From Victivallis vadensis (lineage in GTDB: Bacteria > Verrucomicrobiota > Lentisphaeria > Victivallales > GWF2-50-93): a stretch of DNA of 64,000 nucleotides. Under the pieces are notes generated by a model that had not been told where the DNA came from, did no database searches, and was given only the letters and a program-made list of their open reading frames with translations. Where the stretch lies: the NCBI GenBank assembly GCA_945883805.1, contig CAMCYE010000003.1, positions 25,859 through 89,858 on the forward strand. Reading direction: 5' to 3'. Of the stretch, positions 34,786-42,694 are shown piece by piece. Position 1 is the stretch's first letter. Each line of letters begins with the position of its first letter. The position numbers were made by a program, and so were the translations under genes.

Positions 34786-35943
34786 TCACTTGTCCGCGTT
34801 TTTTATGACTTGAATGCTTTCCCTGACAGGATCCGTTTTTCCTCGCGTTCCGTCATTCTTTTTTGAATATTTCCTCAGCAAATTATAGACTTTCATCGCC
34901 TGTGCATTATCCATGTTTTTGTCTAAGAGATTTTTTTTAATTTTAGAATAATTGACTCGAATCGTATAGTCATTTGTTCCAGTTTCCCTAAGTCTATTTA
35001 CAATTTCTGTATTTTCAGGTGAATTCAATAATTTCTGGTACTCATTCTCCTCCTCTTTACTCAAAACCTGCTTCTTTTTATTGTTTTGCTCATAAAGCTC
35101 CGCAACCCGCTTACTGTATTCTTTATCTGCAGCCAACCTTTCATCCTCGTACTTGTTCAGTTTTTCATAAATAATCTTCCCCCATTCGGCAATTGCGGAC
35201 AGTTCGTTTTCATCAATGTCCTTAGTCATGGCATCGTGCTCCTCATGTGAGATTCTCTTCACCCAATATCCGTCAACTCTTTGTTCGGACGGTTTCTGTC
35301 CGGTAAGAGCAAGCGGCGGTGAAATAACTGTATTCCATGCATATCCGCTTACCGGCATAACCATTCCAGGCCCGACAAAATAATAAGTCCCCTTGACGGT
35401 CGAGTCGAGCACGTGATATCCAGGCACAAGGACTGTTCCGGCGGTTGCTCCGAGAACGCATCCGGTAAATCCTGCGGTAACTCTGAAAATATTGTCCACA
35501 AAGACCTGGAAAGTAGCAATCGGATAAGCCATCGGCCACCCGAAAATCCTTTTTTCAACTTTGTTGCTGGCGGCACAAAAATACTCCGACCATGCATTGG
35601 GAATACCTTTGATTATGAATTTGTTGACGCAATCATTAAAAGCCCAATCGTAGGCGTCTCTGCTGTGTCTGGAAAGATTTCTGTATTTTTCACTGTCCAA
35701 ATATTCCCCAAAAGAATCTGTCACATTCCCCCAGTTTTCCCATGCATATTTTGACGGGGTGACATAACCGGGAACAATACGAATATCGTACCAGTTGCCG
35801 TCGTCTCCCTGAATCTGACCTCTCCAGATCAGTTGCCCTTTCTGGCTGAATGAAAGAAAATATCCGCTATCTTCGTAGTTTTTATCTGCTAAAAGATTAA
35901 GGGACATAATGCAAAAAAGGATGACAGCAAAAAAATATTTCAT
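34786..35943 (-). CDS. hypothetical secreted protein with Lys/Glu-rich coiled-coil C-terminus
   Basis: ATG 35943 is preceded by GGAG. Signal-like MKYFFAVILFCIMSLNLLA. The C-terminal third is highly charged (KEYSKRVAELYEQNNKKKQVLSKEEENEYQKLL). No recognised domain. The ORF continues to 36528 only as an antisense shadow of nadC. Confidence 0.6.
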   Translation of the reverse strand: MKYFFAVILFCIMSLNLLADKNYEDSGYFLSFSQKGQLIWRGQIQGDDGNWYDIRIVPGYVTPSKYAWENWGNVTDSFGEYLDSEKYRNLSRHSRDAYDWAFNDCVNKFIIKGIPNAWSEYFCAASNKVEKRIFGWPMAYPIATFQVFVDNIFRVTAGFTGCVLGATAGTVLVPGYHVLDSTVKGTYYFVGPGMVMPVSGYAWNTVISPPLALTGQKPSEQRVDGYWVKRISHEEHDAMTKDIDENELSAIAEWGKIIYEKLNKYEDERLAADKEYSKRVAELYEQNNKKKQVLSKEEENEYQKLLNSPENTEIVNRLRETGTNDYTIRVNYSKIKKNLLDKNMDNAQAMKVYNLLRKYSKKNDGTRGKTDPVRESIQVIKNADK

Positions 35944-36007
35944 GTTTTCTCCGTGTGTTCTGTGAGTTCTGTGGTCATATTTGCCGACGTGTACTATATT
36001 TAGATCC

Positions 36008-36877
36008 ATGAAAATTACAAAAACTCCAAAACCTGACTGGAAAAGAATAAAAATCCTCATAAGCCTTGCGCTTGAAGAAGATATCGGGGGAGGCGACGCG
36101 ACAAGCGTTTCCGTAATTCCGAAAAATCTCAGGGCCAGCGCTGCGTTGATCTGCCGCGAGGACTGTGTCTGCGCAGGTCTTCCGGTTGTGGAGGCTGTTT
36201 TCAAGGCAGTGGACAAGAATATCAAGTTCACGGCAAAGGTGCGCGAGGGCCTGCATTGCAGGAAGAACACCGTGATGGCTGTTGTCGAGGGAAATGCGCG
36301 TTCATTACTAACCGCCGAACGGACAGTCCTCAACTTCTTCCAGCGCCTCTGCGGAGTCGCCACCATTTCCGCGAAATTCGCAGATGCGGCAAAGGGATCC
36401 AATACAAAAATCCTCGACACCCGCAAGACAACTCCCTGCTGGCGTAATCTTGAGAAATACGCGGTAGCTGTAGGTGGCGCTTCAAACCACAGAATCGGTT
36501 TATATGACCGGATCATGATAAAGGACAATCACCGCGAACTTGCGGGGCTGGAGGGATCGGGTGGAATCCGCCGTTCAGTAGAAAAGGCCCGCAAAGCATA
36601 TCCCAAGCTCGAAATCGAAGTGGAGGCGGACAGCCTTGAGGAAGTCCGCGAAGCCGCGGAGGCCGGAGCGGATTACATTCTTCTTGACAATATGACCAAT
36701 CAGATGATGGCAAAGGCGATTAAAATAAATGCCGGAAAGGCCAAACTCGAGGCAAGTGGCGGAATCACACTCTACCGCATTCCTTCAATAGCCAAACTCG
36801 GAGTAGATTACATTTCGGCAGGCGCCCTCACACACTCCGCAAAGTCAATTGACATTTCAATGGATATTTCCGTCTGA
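36008..36877 (+). CDS. nadC: nicotinate-nucleotide pyrophosphorylase (carboxylating)
   Basis: LALEEDIGGGDATS, ERTVLNFFQRLCGVAT, ILDTRKTTPCWR, GGASNHRIGLYD and ILLDNM. Confidence 0.92.
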   Translation: MKITKTPKPDWKRIKILISLALEEDIGGGDATSVSVIPKNLRASAALICREDCVCAGLPVVEAVFKAVDKNIKFTAKVREGLHCRKNTVMAVVEGNARSLLTAERTVLNFFQRLCGVATISAKFADAAKGSNTKILDTRKTTPCWRNLEKYAVAVGGASNHRIGLYDRIMIKDNHRELAGLEGSGGIRRSVEKARKAYPKLEIEVEADSLEEVREAAEAGADYILLDNMTNQMMAKAIKINAGKAKLEASGGITLYRIPSIAKLGVDYISAGALTHSAKSIDISMDISV

Positions 36878-36931
36878 TTATTTTTTCATTCGGATATCTT
36901 CAAAACAGGAATTTATCCAAATAAAAAAATA

Positions 36932-36947
36932 TGGCACGTATTATGCT
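36932..36947 (+). promoter_or_regulatory. candidate sigma-54 (-24/-12) promoter
   Basis: TGGCACG-TATT-ATGCT against the consensus TGGCACG-N4-TTGCW, with correct GG-N10-GC spacing. It lies ~52 nt upstream of ATG 36999. rpoN is encoded in this window. Confidence 0.5.
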
Positions 36948-36998
36948 TGAAAGAATTTCCGGCTGAATGTATCTGAACGGGTCTTATGGAGAATAACG

Positions 36999-37379
36999 AT
37001 GATCCTGATCTTCGAAGACAACATGGACATAGCGCTTGTCGTGAAGCGGATGCTCAACCTCGTTTTTCACGAGCGCTGCGTGATAACATGTAACTGCGTT
37101 GTCGCGGAAAACATGGTGCTCGCAGGAGAAATCGAGCTTGTCCTCAGCGACCTCGATATCGAAGGGCATAAGGGACAGGGGCTCGATCTGATCAGGAAAA
37201 TAAAAAGGTTCATGCCCCACACTTCCCCGCCAATTGTCATTTACACAGGTCTCAGCAAAGGCGATTCCACATACAATGAAGCCGAAAAATTTTCCGACAG
37301 TATTTTCGAGAAAAGTGAAATCTCACTTCCTCAGCTCTGCAAGGAACTATGCCGTCTGATTAAATTAAGAGCTCGCTAA
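36999..37379 (+). CDS. stand-alone response-regulator receiver (CheY-like) protein
   Basis: MILIFEDN (acidic pocket), LVLSDLDI (phospho-acceptor Asp), IVIYTG and FEKS. 126 aa with no output domain. Confidence 0.75.
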   Translation: MILIFEDNMDIALVVKRMLNLVFHERCVITCNCVVAENMVLAGEIELVLSDLDIEGHKGQGLDLIRKIKRFMPHTSPPIVIYTGLSKGDSTYNEAEKFSDSIFEKSEISLPQLCKELCRLIKLRAR

Positions 37380-37413
37380 AAATAAATTAATCGACCAAAG
37401 CGCCGCAACTTTA

Positions 37414-37489
37414 AGTAACACAGGCTTCAGCCTGTAGTTAAATTAATCTGGAAACACAAGGGAAATTGCAGGCTAAAGCCCGCATTACT
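37414..37489. repeat. family-2 palindromic intergenic element, copy B (76 bp)
   Basis: AGTAACACAGGCTTCAGCCTGTAGTTAAA-[spacer]-AATTGCAGGCTAAAGCCCGCATTACT. Confidence 0.8.
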
Positions 37490-37583
37490 ATCTTCCACAG
37501 CTTTGAAATTCCTTAACGTTAACGTGAGCCTTTGCCGGCGAATATTCCATGAACCTCCAACTTGGTGGTGTCCCCCACCCCAC

Positions 37584-37618
37584 AAAAAAAAGACCCCGGA
37601 TTTTCAACATCCGGGGTC
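37584..37618 (-). terminator. rho-independent terminator of pal
   Basis: GACCCCGGA-TTTTCAACA-TCCGGGGTC (9 bp stem). The A8 run on its left becomes a U8 tract on the minus-strand transcript. It lies 22 nt downstream of the pal stop. Confidence 0.8.
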
Positions 37619-37639
37619 TAATACTTAAATGTGTCTAAA

Positions 37640-38200
37640 TTACTTTGCCGCTATGAGGTCAGCCCTTCTGTTCTTCGCCCACACGGATTCGCCGCTCCCC
37701 TGAACGGCGGGACGTTCCGAGCCGTAGCTGATTGTCTGTGTGCGTGCATCTGCAACACCGAGTTTTGTGAGATAATCCCTTACGGCAAGGGCGCGGCGCT
37801 CTCCCAGCCCCCTGTTATATTCTATGCTTCCACGTTCATCGCAGTTACCTTCGATGATCAGATTGGAATCCTTGTTCTTGAGAAGGTAGTTCGCAACCTG
37901 TTCAAGTTTCGCCTGCTCACTTGTTCCAATTGTGGACTGGTCGTATGCGAAATAAACTGTGGGAAGGGTAACGCCGGGAATCGGCTTCCATTCAGCTCTG
38001 CCTGATGGAGGAAGTCCCCCGGGTGTGCCCCAGGCACCACCAGGCGTAAGACCGTCGGGTCCAGGCACTATGCCTGCGGTCTGCGCGGCCTCATCATCAT
38101 CCCCCCAGCCGAACCATTTTGAAATTGTCGAACATCCTGAACCCGCAACAAGTGCCGATAAAAGAACAGCAAGTGCCGCCACTCTGAATAATCTATTCAC
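37640..38200 (-). CDS. pal: peptidoglycan-associated lipoprotein (OmpA-like C-terminal domain)
   Basis: Lipobox LVAGSGCS. OmpA_C motifs YFAYDQSTI...NLIIEGNCDERGSIEYNRGLGERRALAVRDYL. Confidence 0.8.
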   Translation of the reverse strand: MNRLFRVAALAVLLSALVAGSGCSTISKWFGWGDDDEAAQTAGIVPGPDGLTPGGAWGTPGGLPPSGRAEWKPIPGVTLPTVYFAYDQSTIGTSEQAKLEQVANYLLKNKDSNLIIEGNCDERGSIEYNRGLGERRALAVRDYLTKLGVADARTQTISYGSERPAVQGSGESVWAKNRRADLIAAK

Positions 38201-38387
38201 TTTACACCTCCGTTAGATTTTAAAAATAAATTTGCACATAATCTAAACTTCAAATAATGAATTTACCAAAACTTTATTTGAAAAAAGTCTTAAAACTTTA
38301 TTTGTAGGATCATTCAAAACAGTTATTGTTATGCGTCATTACAAAAACAAGACAAATTGACAACCTCTAAAACCAGCAGAGAACCTT

Positions 38388-39401
38388 ATGAAAAACATTG
38401 ACTGGAACAATCTCGGATTCGAATATATCAAGACGGACTGCCATGTCCGCTCAACTTTCAAGAACGGTAAATGGGGAAGGCTCGGCATACACAGAAAAGA
38501 CACCATCACAATGAATGTCGCCGCGACATGCCTTCATTACGGGCAGGCCTGTTTCGAGGGGCTCAAGGCGTTCCGCTGCAAGGACGGAAAAGTCAGGATT
38601 TTCAGACCGAAAGAAAATCTCAAGAGGATGAACGACACGGCAAGTTACATTCACTGTCCGCAACTTCCCGAATCCATGTTCATCAGGGCTGTCAAGAAAG
38701 CCGTCAGTGAAAACATTGATTTTGTTCCACCGTACGGCACTGGCGGATCCATGTACCTGAGACCTCTTCTCATAGGCACAGGTCCCAGAATCGGAGTTGC
38801 TCCCGGAGACCAATATGATTTCATCGTGCTCGCAATTCCCGTCGGAGCCTATTATAAGGGGAACATAAAACCTGTTGACGCCGTCATCCTGGACGATTAC
38901 GACAGATCCGCACCCAGAGGAACCGGACATATCAAAATGGGAGGCAACTACGCGGCCGGGCTTCACGCCCATTCTCTCGCAAAGAAGATGGGATTTCCCA
39001 TAAACCTCTATCTTGACTCAAAAACAAGGCAGTATGTCGACGAGTTCGGAACCAGCAATTTCATCGGGATAACCAGAGATGGGAAATATGTGACTCCCGA
39101 TTCAACTACGATACTCCCCAGCATAACTAACAAATCCCTCACGCAGCTTGCCGAAGACATGGGCATACCCGTTGAACGCCGCCCGGTAGCCTTTCATGAA
39201 ATTGCGGATTTCGCAGAAATAGGCGCATGCGGGACGGCGGTTGTCATAACTCCCATCGGGCGCATTGTCTGCGGAAATAAGACTTTCGAATATGACAGTG
39301 AAAAATGCGGACCGGTCCTGAAGAAACTCTATGATGAATTAACCCGTATACAGTACGGGGAAATCCCGGACAGGCATGGATGGCTGATGGAAGTGGAATA
39401 A
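38388..39401 (+). CDS. ilvE: branched-chain amino acid aminotransferase
   Basis: Class IV aminotransferase pattern: HYGQACFEGLKAFR, YLRPLLIGTG, GHIKMGGNYAAGL and GTSNF. Confidence 0.88.
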   Translation: MKNIDWNNLGFEYIKTDCHVRSTFKNGKWGRLGIHRKDTITMNVAATCLHYGQACFEGLKAFRCKDGKVRIFRPKENLKRMNDTASYIHCPQLPESMFIRAVKKAVSENIDFVPPYGTGGSMYLRPLLIGTGPRIGVAPGDQYDFIVLAIPVGAYYKGNIKPVDAVILDDYDRSAPRGTGHIKMGGNYAAGLHAHSLAKKMGFPINLYLDSKTRQYVDEFGTSNFIGITRDGKYVTPDSTTILPSITNKSLTQLAEDMGIPVERRPVAFHEIADFAEIGACGTAVVITPIGRIVCGNKTFEYDSEKCGPVLKKLYDELTRIQYGEIPDRHGWLMEVE

Positions 39402-39480
39402 GCCCCCCATCTCCTTTTTTCGGCTCTTTGAATATCCAATATCCAATCCGCCACGGCGGAAATATCCAACCGGCTAGGGG

Positions 39481-39528
39481 AAGTTCTAAAGTTCTAAAGT
39501 TCTAAAGTTCGGAAGTTCGGAAGTTCGG
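39481..39528. repeat. six tandem octamers (AAGTTCTA x3, AAGTTCGG x3)
   Basis: Read directly. Flanked by the ATATCCAA word triplet around a CCGCC-AC-GGCGG hairpin (39431-39470) and by AGTAGAAAAC/GATAGAAAAC. Confidence 0.85.
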
Positions 39529-39737
39529 AAGGTAGAATTTAGAAAGTAGAAAACTAATTTTAGATAGAAAACGTGAGAAGAAGTTCTGGAGTTTGTTTTT
39601 TGTTTATAGGCTTATTACAAATGCGGAAGCATTCCCCAGAGTGCGGTGACAGAGTCACAGGGATATTTATTCAACTCTGGGAATTATCGGCTCTATGCGA
39701 ATGTCGCAAATTTTACCGTTTGGCTTGCTTTGAATTG

Positions 39738-41726
39738 CTACTGCATTAAAGCCGGAGGATTAACTTCGAGTTTTATTTCCCTGATCTCCGTCTTGTAATC
39801 GGCGACGGTCTGTTCAAGTTTTGACGGATCCCCTTTTGCGGATTCCGTCCATTCCTTCCAGTCCGGAACCCTAGCGGCCCATGCAGCGCCCCAGAATTCC
39901 CCTGGAGGGAGGCTGGAAATAAGACTCAAGTACTTGTTCGAGTAATTCATGAGCTGGACTCCGGAAGTTTTCTCATAAATACCCCTAATGTAAACGGCAA
40001 GAGCCGCCAGAACGGCGAAATATCTATTACGCTCAAGCTCAACCCTTTCATCAAGAGCCCTGGTGGAGCTGGAACTGCCGCCCAGATATCTGAGGATTTC
40101 AAGATAAAAGTCTTCTTCAGAAACATTAGCCGCAACAAGTTTCTCATAGATCCCTGCGCAGAATGCCTCCGCATCAGGGTCATTGGAAAGATATTTTGCA
40201 AATGCCATCTGTATCGCCGCCTGTTTCCTTGCGGCTATTTTGATAGTGCCATCATCTAGAACTTTCTCTGATCTTGCACTCGCCTGGACACAGTCGCCGG
40301 CTTTGAACATTACAGTGACGCCGGGAAGCAGATCCTGCGGCATTTTCCCGCCCTTATGGAGAAATCTGTCAAAAGCCCCATACTGCCAAAGTAAATATGC
40401 CGCAAGGATGAACACTGCCGAAAAAACTGCATGGGTGAGAATGGTTTTAGAGATATTCATTCCGATAATTGTGAAGGTGGAACCGGATTTATTTCTGGAA
40501 GGAAACTTACGTCCGCCCTTGAAAAAAGCAGCCCTTTTTTCAGCCATTTTCCCATTCCTGTCGGCAACTGTTCTCTTTTTTCCATTCTCTTTCATGTAGA
40601 TGTTCAGCTCATTGATGATATCCCTGTATGATGGTCTCTCCTCAGGATTCCGGCTCAACATTCTCATAACCAAGTCGGAAATGGCCTGGGGAATGTCCGG
40701 ACGATGCTTTTGAGGGGAAGGCGGATCCATCTCCGTCCTTATCCTGAGAAGCCTCTCAAGATTGTCCACTTCAAAAGGGGCATGCCCTGCCATGAGCTGA
40801 TAGAATGATGAGCCCAGGCTGTAAATATCCCCAGTGTGGTCTTCCTTGCCGGAAAGAACTTTTTCAGGGCTTACATAGCATGGGCTTGCCCAGCCTTTGG
40901 TTATCTTGTCTATTGATTCCGAACTGGAATCCCTGAGCGCCTGCGAAATGCCGAAGTCACCGACTTTCACATTCCCGTCCCTGTCCATCATGATGTTGGC
41001 TGGCTTTATGTCATGATGAATGATTCCATGCCTTCTCGCATTGTCGAGTCCTTCAGCTATGTCCCTCATCCACTTGACTACATCATTTACCGGCAGAGGC
41101 TCCCTGCTCTCCTCAAGTTTCCTGTCAAGCGATCCTCCATCCATGTACTGCATGACAATGTACGGCTGGTCTTCAAATTCCCCACACGTGTAGATTGGAA
41201 GAACTGCATAATGGTTGATGGTTGCGGCGGTTCTTGCCTCGTGGAGGAATAGACGGCAACTTTCATTCTGGCTGGCGACATCCGGGTTGAGGACCTTTAT
41301 GGCCACTTCCCTGTCAAGGGTGAGGTCAAGCGCCCTATATACGACAGCCATACCCCCTACTCCGCCGGACTCCTCAAGAAGATAGTTGTCGAACCATTTC
41401 GGTATTATTATCTCGACATTGCAGGAGGGGCATTTCACTTTTTCAAACGGAACCATATCGGTGAGGTCGAGTTTCTGCATACAGCGGTAGCATGTTATTT
41501 TAAGGGGGCGCGTTTCGGAAACGGTATCCTCATTTTCAGGAACCGTGATTTTTTTCAGGGAAATTGTTTCGGAGGAAACAGGTTCTTCTGCGGCGGCGAA
41601 AATGATTTCCTCCGGTTCTCTGGGAACCGGTGAGGGAATCCTGTTTATCCTCCTCTGCCCGGTGGAAGACGGGGAATTGGATTCACCTCCAGTTTTTCGG
41701 GCATCATCTTTAAATTCTTCAGTCAT
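39738..41726 (-). CDS. Ser/Thr protein kinase with N-terminal zinc ribbon, TM segment and C-terminal extracytoplasmic domain of unknown type
   Basis: CYRCMQKLD...CPSCN zinc ribbon. Kinase motifs GGMAVVYRA, VAIKVL, HHDIKPANIM, VGDFGIS and SPE. TM AVFSAVFILAAYLLW. About 210 aa of unassigned C-terminal region. Confidence 0.88.
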   Translation of the reverse strand: MTEEFKDDARKTGGESNSPSSTGQRRINRIPSPVPREPEEIIFAAAEEPVSSETISLKKITVPENEDTVSETRPLKITCYRCMQKLDLTDMVPFEKVKCPSCNVEIIIPKWFDNYLLEESGGVGGMAVVYRALDLTLDREVAIKVLNPDVASQNESCRLFLHEARTAATINHYAVLPIYTCGEFEDQPYIVMQYMDGGSLDRKLEESREPLPVNDVVKWMRDIAEGLDNARRHGIIHHDIKPANIMMDRDGNVKVGDFGISQALRDSSSESIDKITKGWASPCYVSPEKVLSGKEDHTGDIYSLGSSFYQLMAGHAPFEVDNLERLLRIRTEMDPPSPQKHRPDIPQAISDLVMRMLSRNPEERPSYRDIINELNIYMKENGKKRTVADRNGKMAEKRAAFFKGGRKFPSRNKSGSTFTIIGMNISKTILTHAVFSAVFILAAYLLWQYGAFDRFLHKGGKMPQDLLPGVTVMFKAGDCVQASARSEKVLDDGTIKIAARKQAAIQMAFAKYLSNDPDAEAFCAGIYEKLVAANVSEEDFYLEILRYLGGSSSSTRALDERVELERNRYFAVLAALAVYIRGIYEKTSGVQLMNYSNKYLSLISSLPPGEFWGAAWAARVPDWKEWTESAKGDPSKLEQTVADYKTEIREIKLEVNPPALMQ

Positions 41727-41805
41727 TATACCTTATCCAAAAGTTCCAGTTTTGCCAATCCATAATTTTCTTGGAAAACTATAGCATCCAATATTGTTTT
41801 TTTTA

Positions 41806-42588
41806 TCACAAAATCCAAATTGTTTCCGAAGGCTTGTCCTGCGAAACTACTGTCAGTCTGATGTCCTGACGCCCGATATCTGCAAGTTTCCTGTTTCCAA
41901 CTTCCTGCACCAGGGAATATTCATTGCAGTCGCTGCTGACATGGACGAGAAAAATGAATCTGGTTTTCTCTGTGACTAGGAAATCAAGCGCCTTCATCGC
42001 ATCGTCGTTGCTCAGATGTCCGCGTTTCCCAAGCACACGTTTTCTCAGCTTGATGCTTCTGTCTGACCTGTTCTGCATCTCCACATCGTGGTTACACTCC
42101 AGGATTAGCGCATCGCAGTCCCGCAGCCTCTGCATGCACAACGAATTCATATGCCCCAGATCGGTGGCAATCCCAACCCTTGTCGAATCCAGTGAAATTA
42201 CAAACCCGACCGGATCTTCAGCATCATGGGGCACCGAAAAAGGCCTTACGCTGAAAGGCTTGACTTCAAATATGGAACCAGTTTCAAAAAAAACTCTTTT
42301 TTTTCCGAGTTTCCCAAGATTATCGAGAAACAGCCCGGTACCCGCGGTCAGATAGGTGGGTATCTCGAAATCATCCGAGAAAAGCCTCGCCCCGTTCACA
42401 TGATCCCCGTGTTCGTGACTGATAAGAAGGGCTTTTATTTTTTTAGGGTCGAGCCCGCAGACTGCGAGCCTCGCAATAAGCTCCTTCCTGCTGAAACCCG
42501 CATCCACCAGCACCCCCTCGTCCTCCGTGTGGATGAGAATCGCATTTCCGCGGCTCCCGCTGCCCAGTACTGTTATTCCGAAACGCAT
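41806..42588 (-). CDS. MBL-fold metallo-hydrolase
   Basis: VLGSGSRGNAILI...ALLISHEHGDHVNG (HxHxDH)...ECNHD...GHLSN. Confidence 0.85.
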   Translation of the reverse strand: MRFGITVLGSGSRGNAILIHTEDEGVLVDAGFSRKELIARLAVCGLDPKKIKALLISHEHGDHVNGARLFSDDFEIPTYLTAGTGLFLDNLGKLGKKRVFFETGSIFEVKPFSVRPFSVPHDAEDPVGFVISLDSTRVGIATDLGHMNSLCMQRLRDCDALILECNHDVEMQNRSDRSIKLRKRVLGKRGHLSNDDAMKALDFLVTEKTRFIFLVHVSSDCNEYSLVQEVGNRKLADIGRQDIRLTVVSQDKPSETIWIL

Positions 42589-42694
42589 AAACTATTTTCC
42601 CGCCATTTTAAATCATGTTTGGCTAAAATTAGAAATAATGGTTATATTGTCGAAGAGTCAAGTATGTAAAATAACAGTATTTGGATTTTTATCT

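Noticed and set aside
35944-36528. N-terminal 195-codon extension of the 580-aa minus-strand ORF, overlapping nadC antisense.
   Set aside because: The composition looks like an antisense shadow. A GGAG-preceded ATG with a signal peptide lies at 35943. The nadC call on the opposite strand is strongly motif-supported.
39481-39528. Possible CRISPR array or other spaced-repeat locus.
   Set aside because: The units are contiguous 8-mers with no spacers, and no cas genes are present. This is simple tandem repetition.
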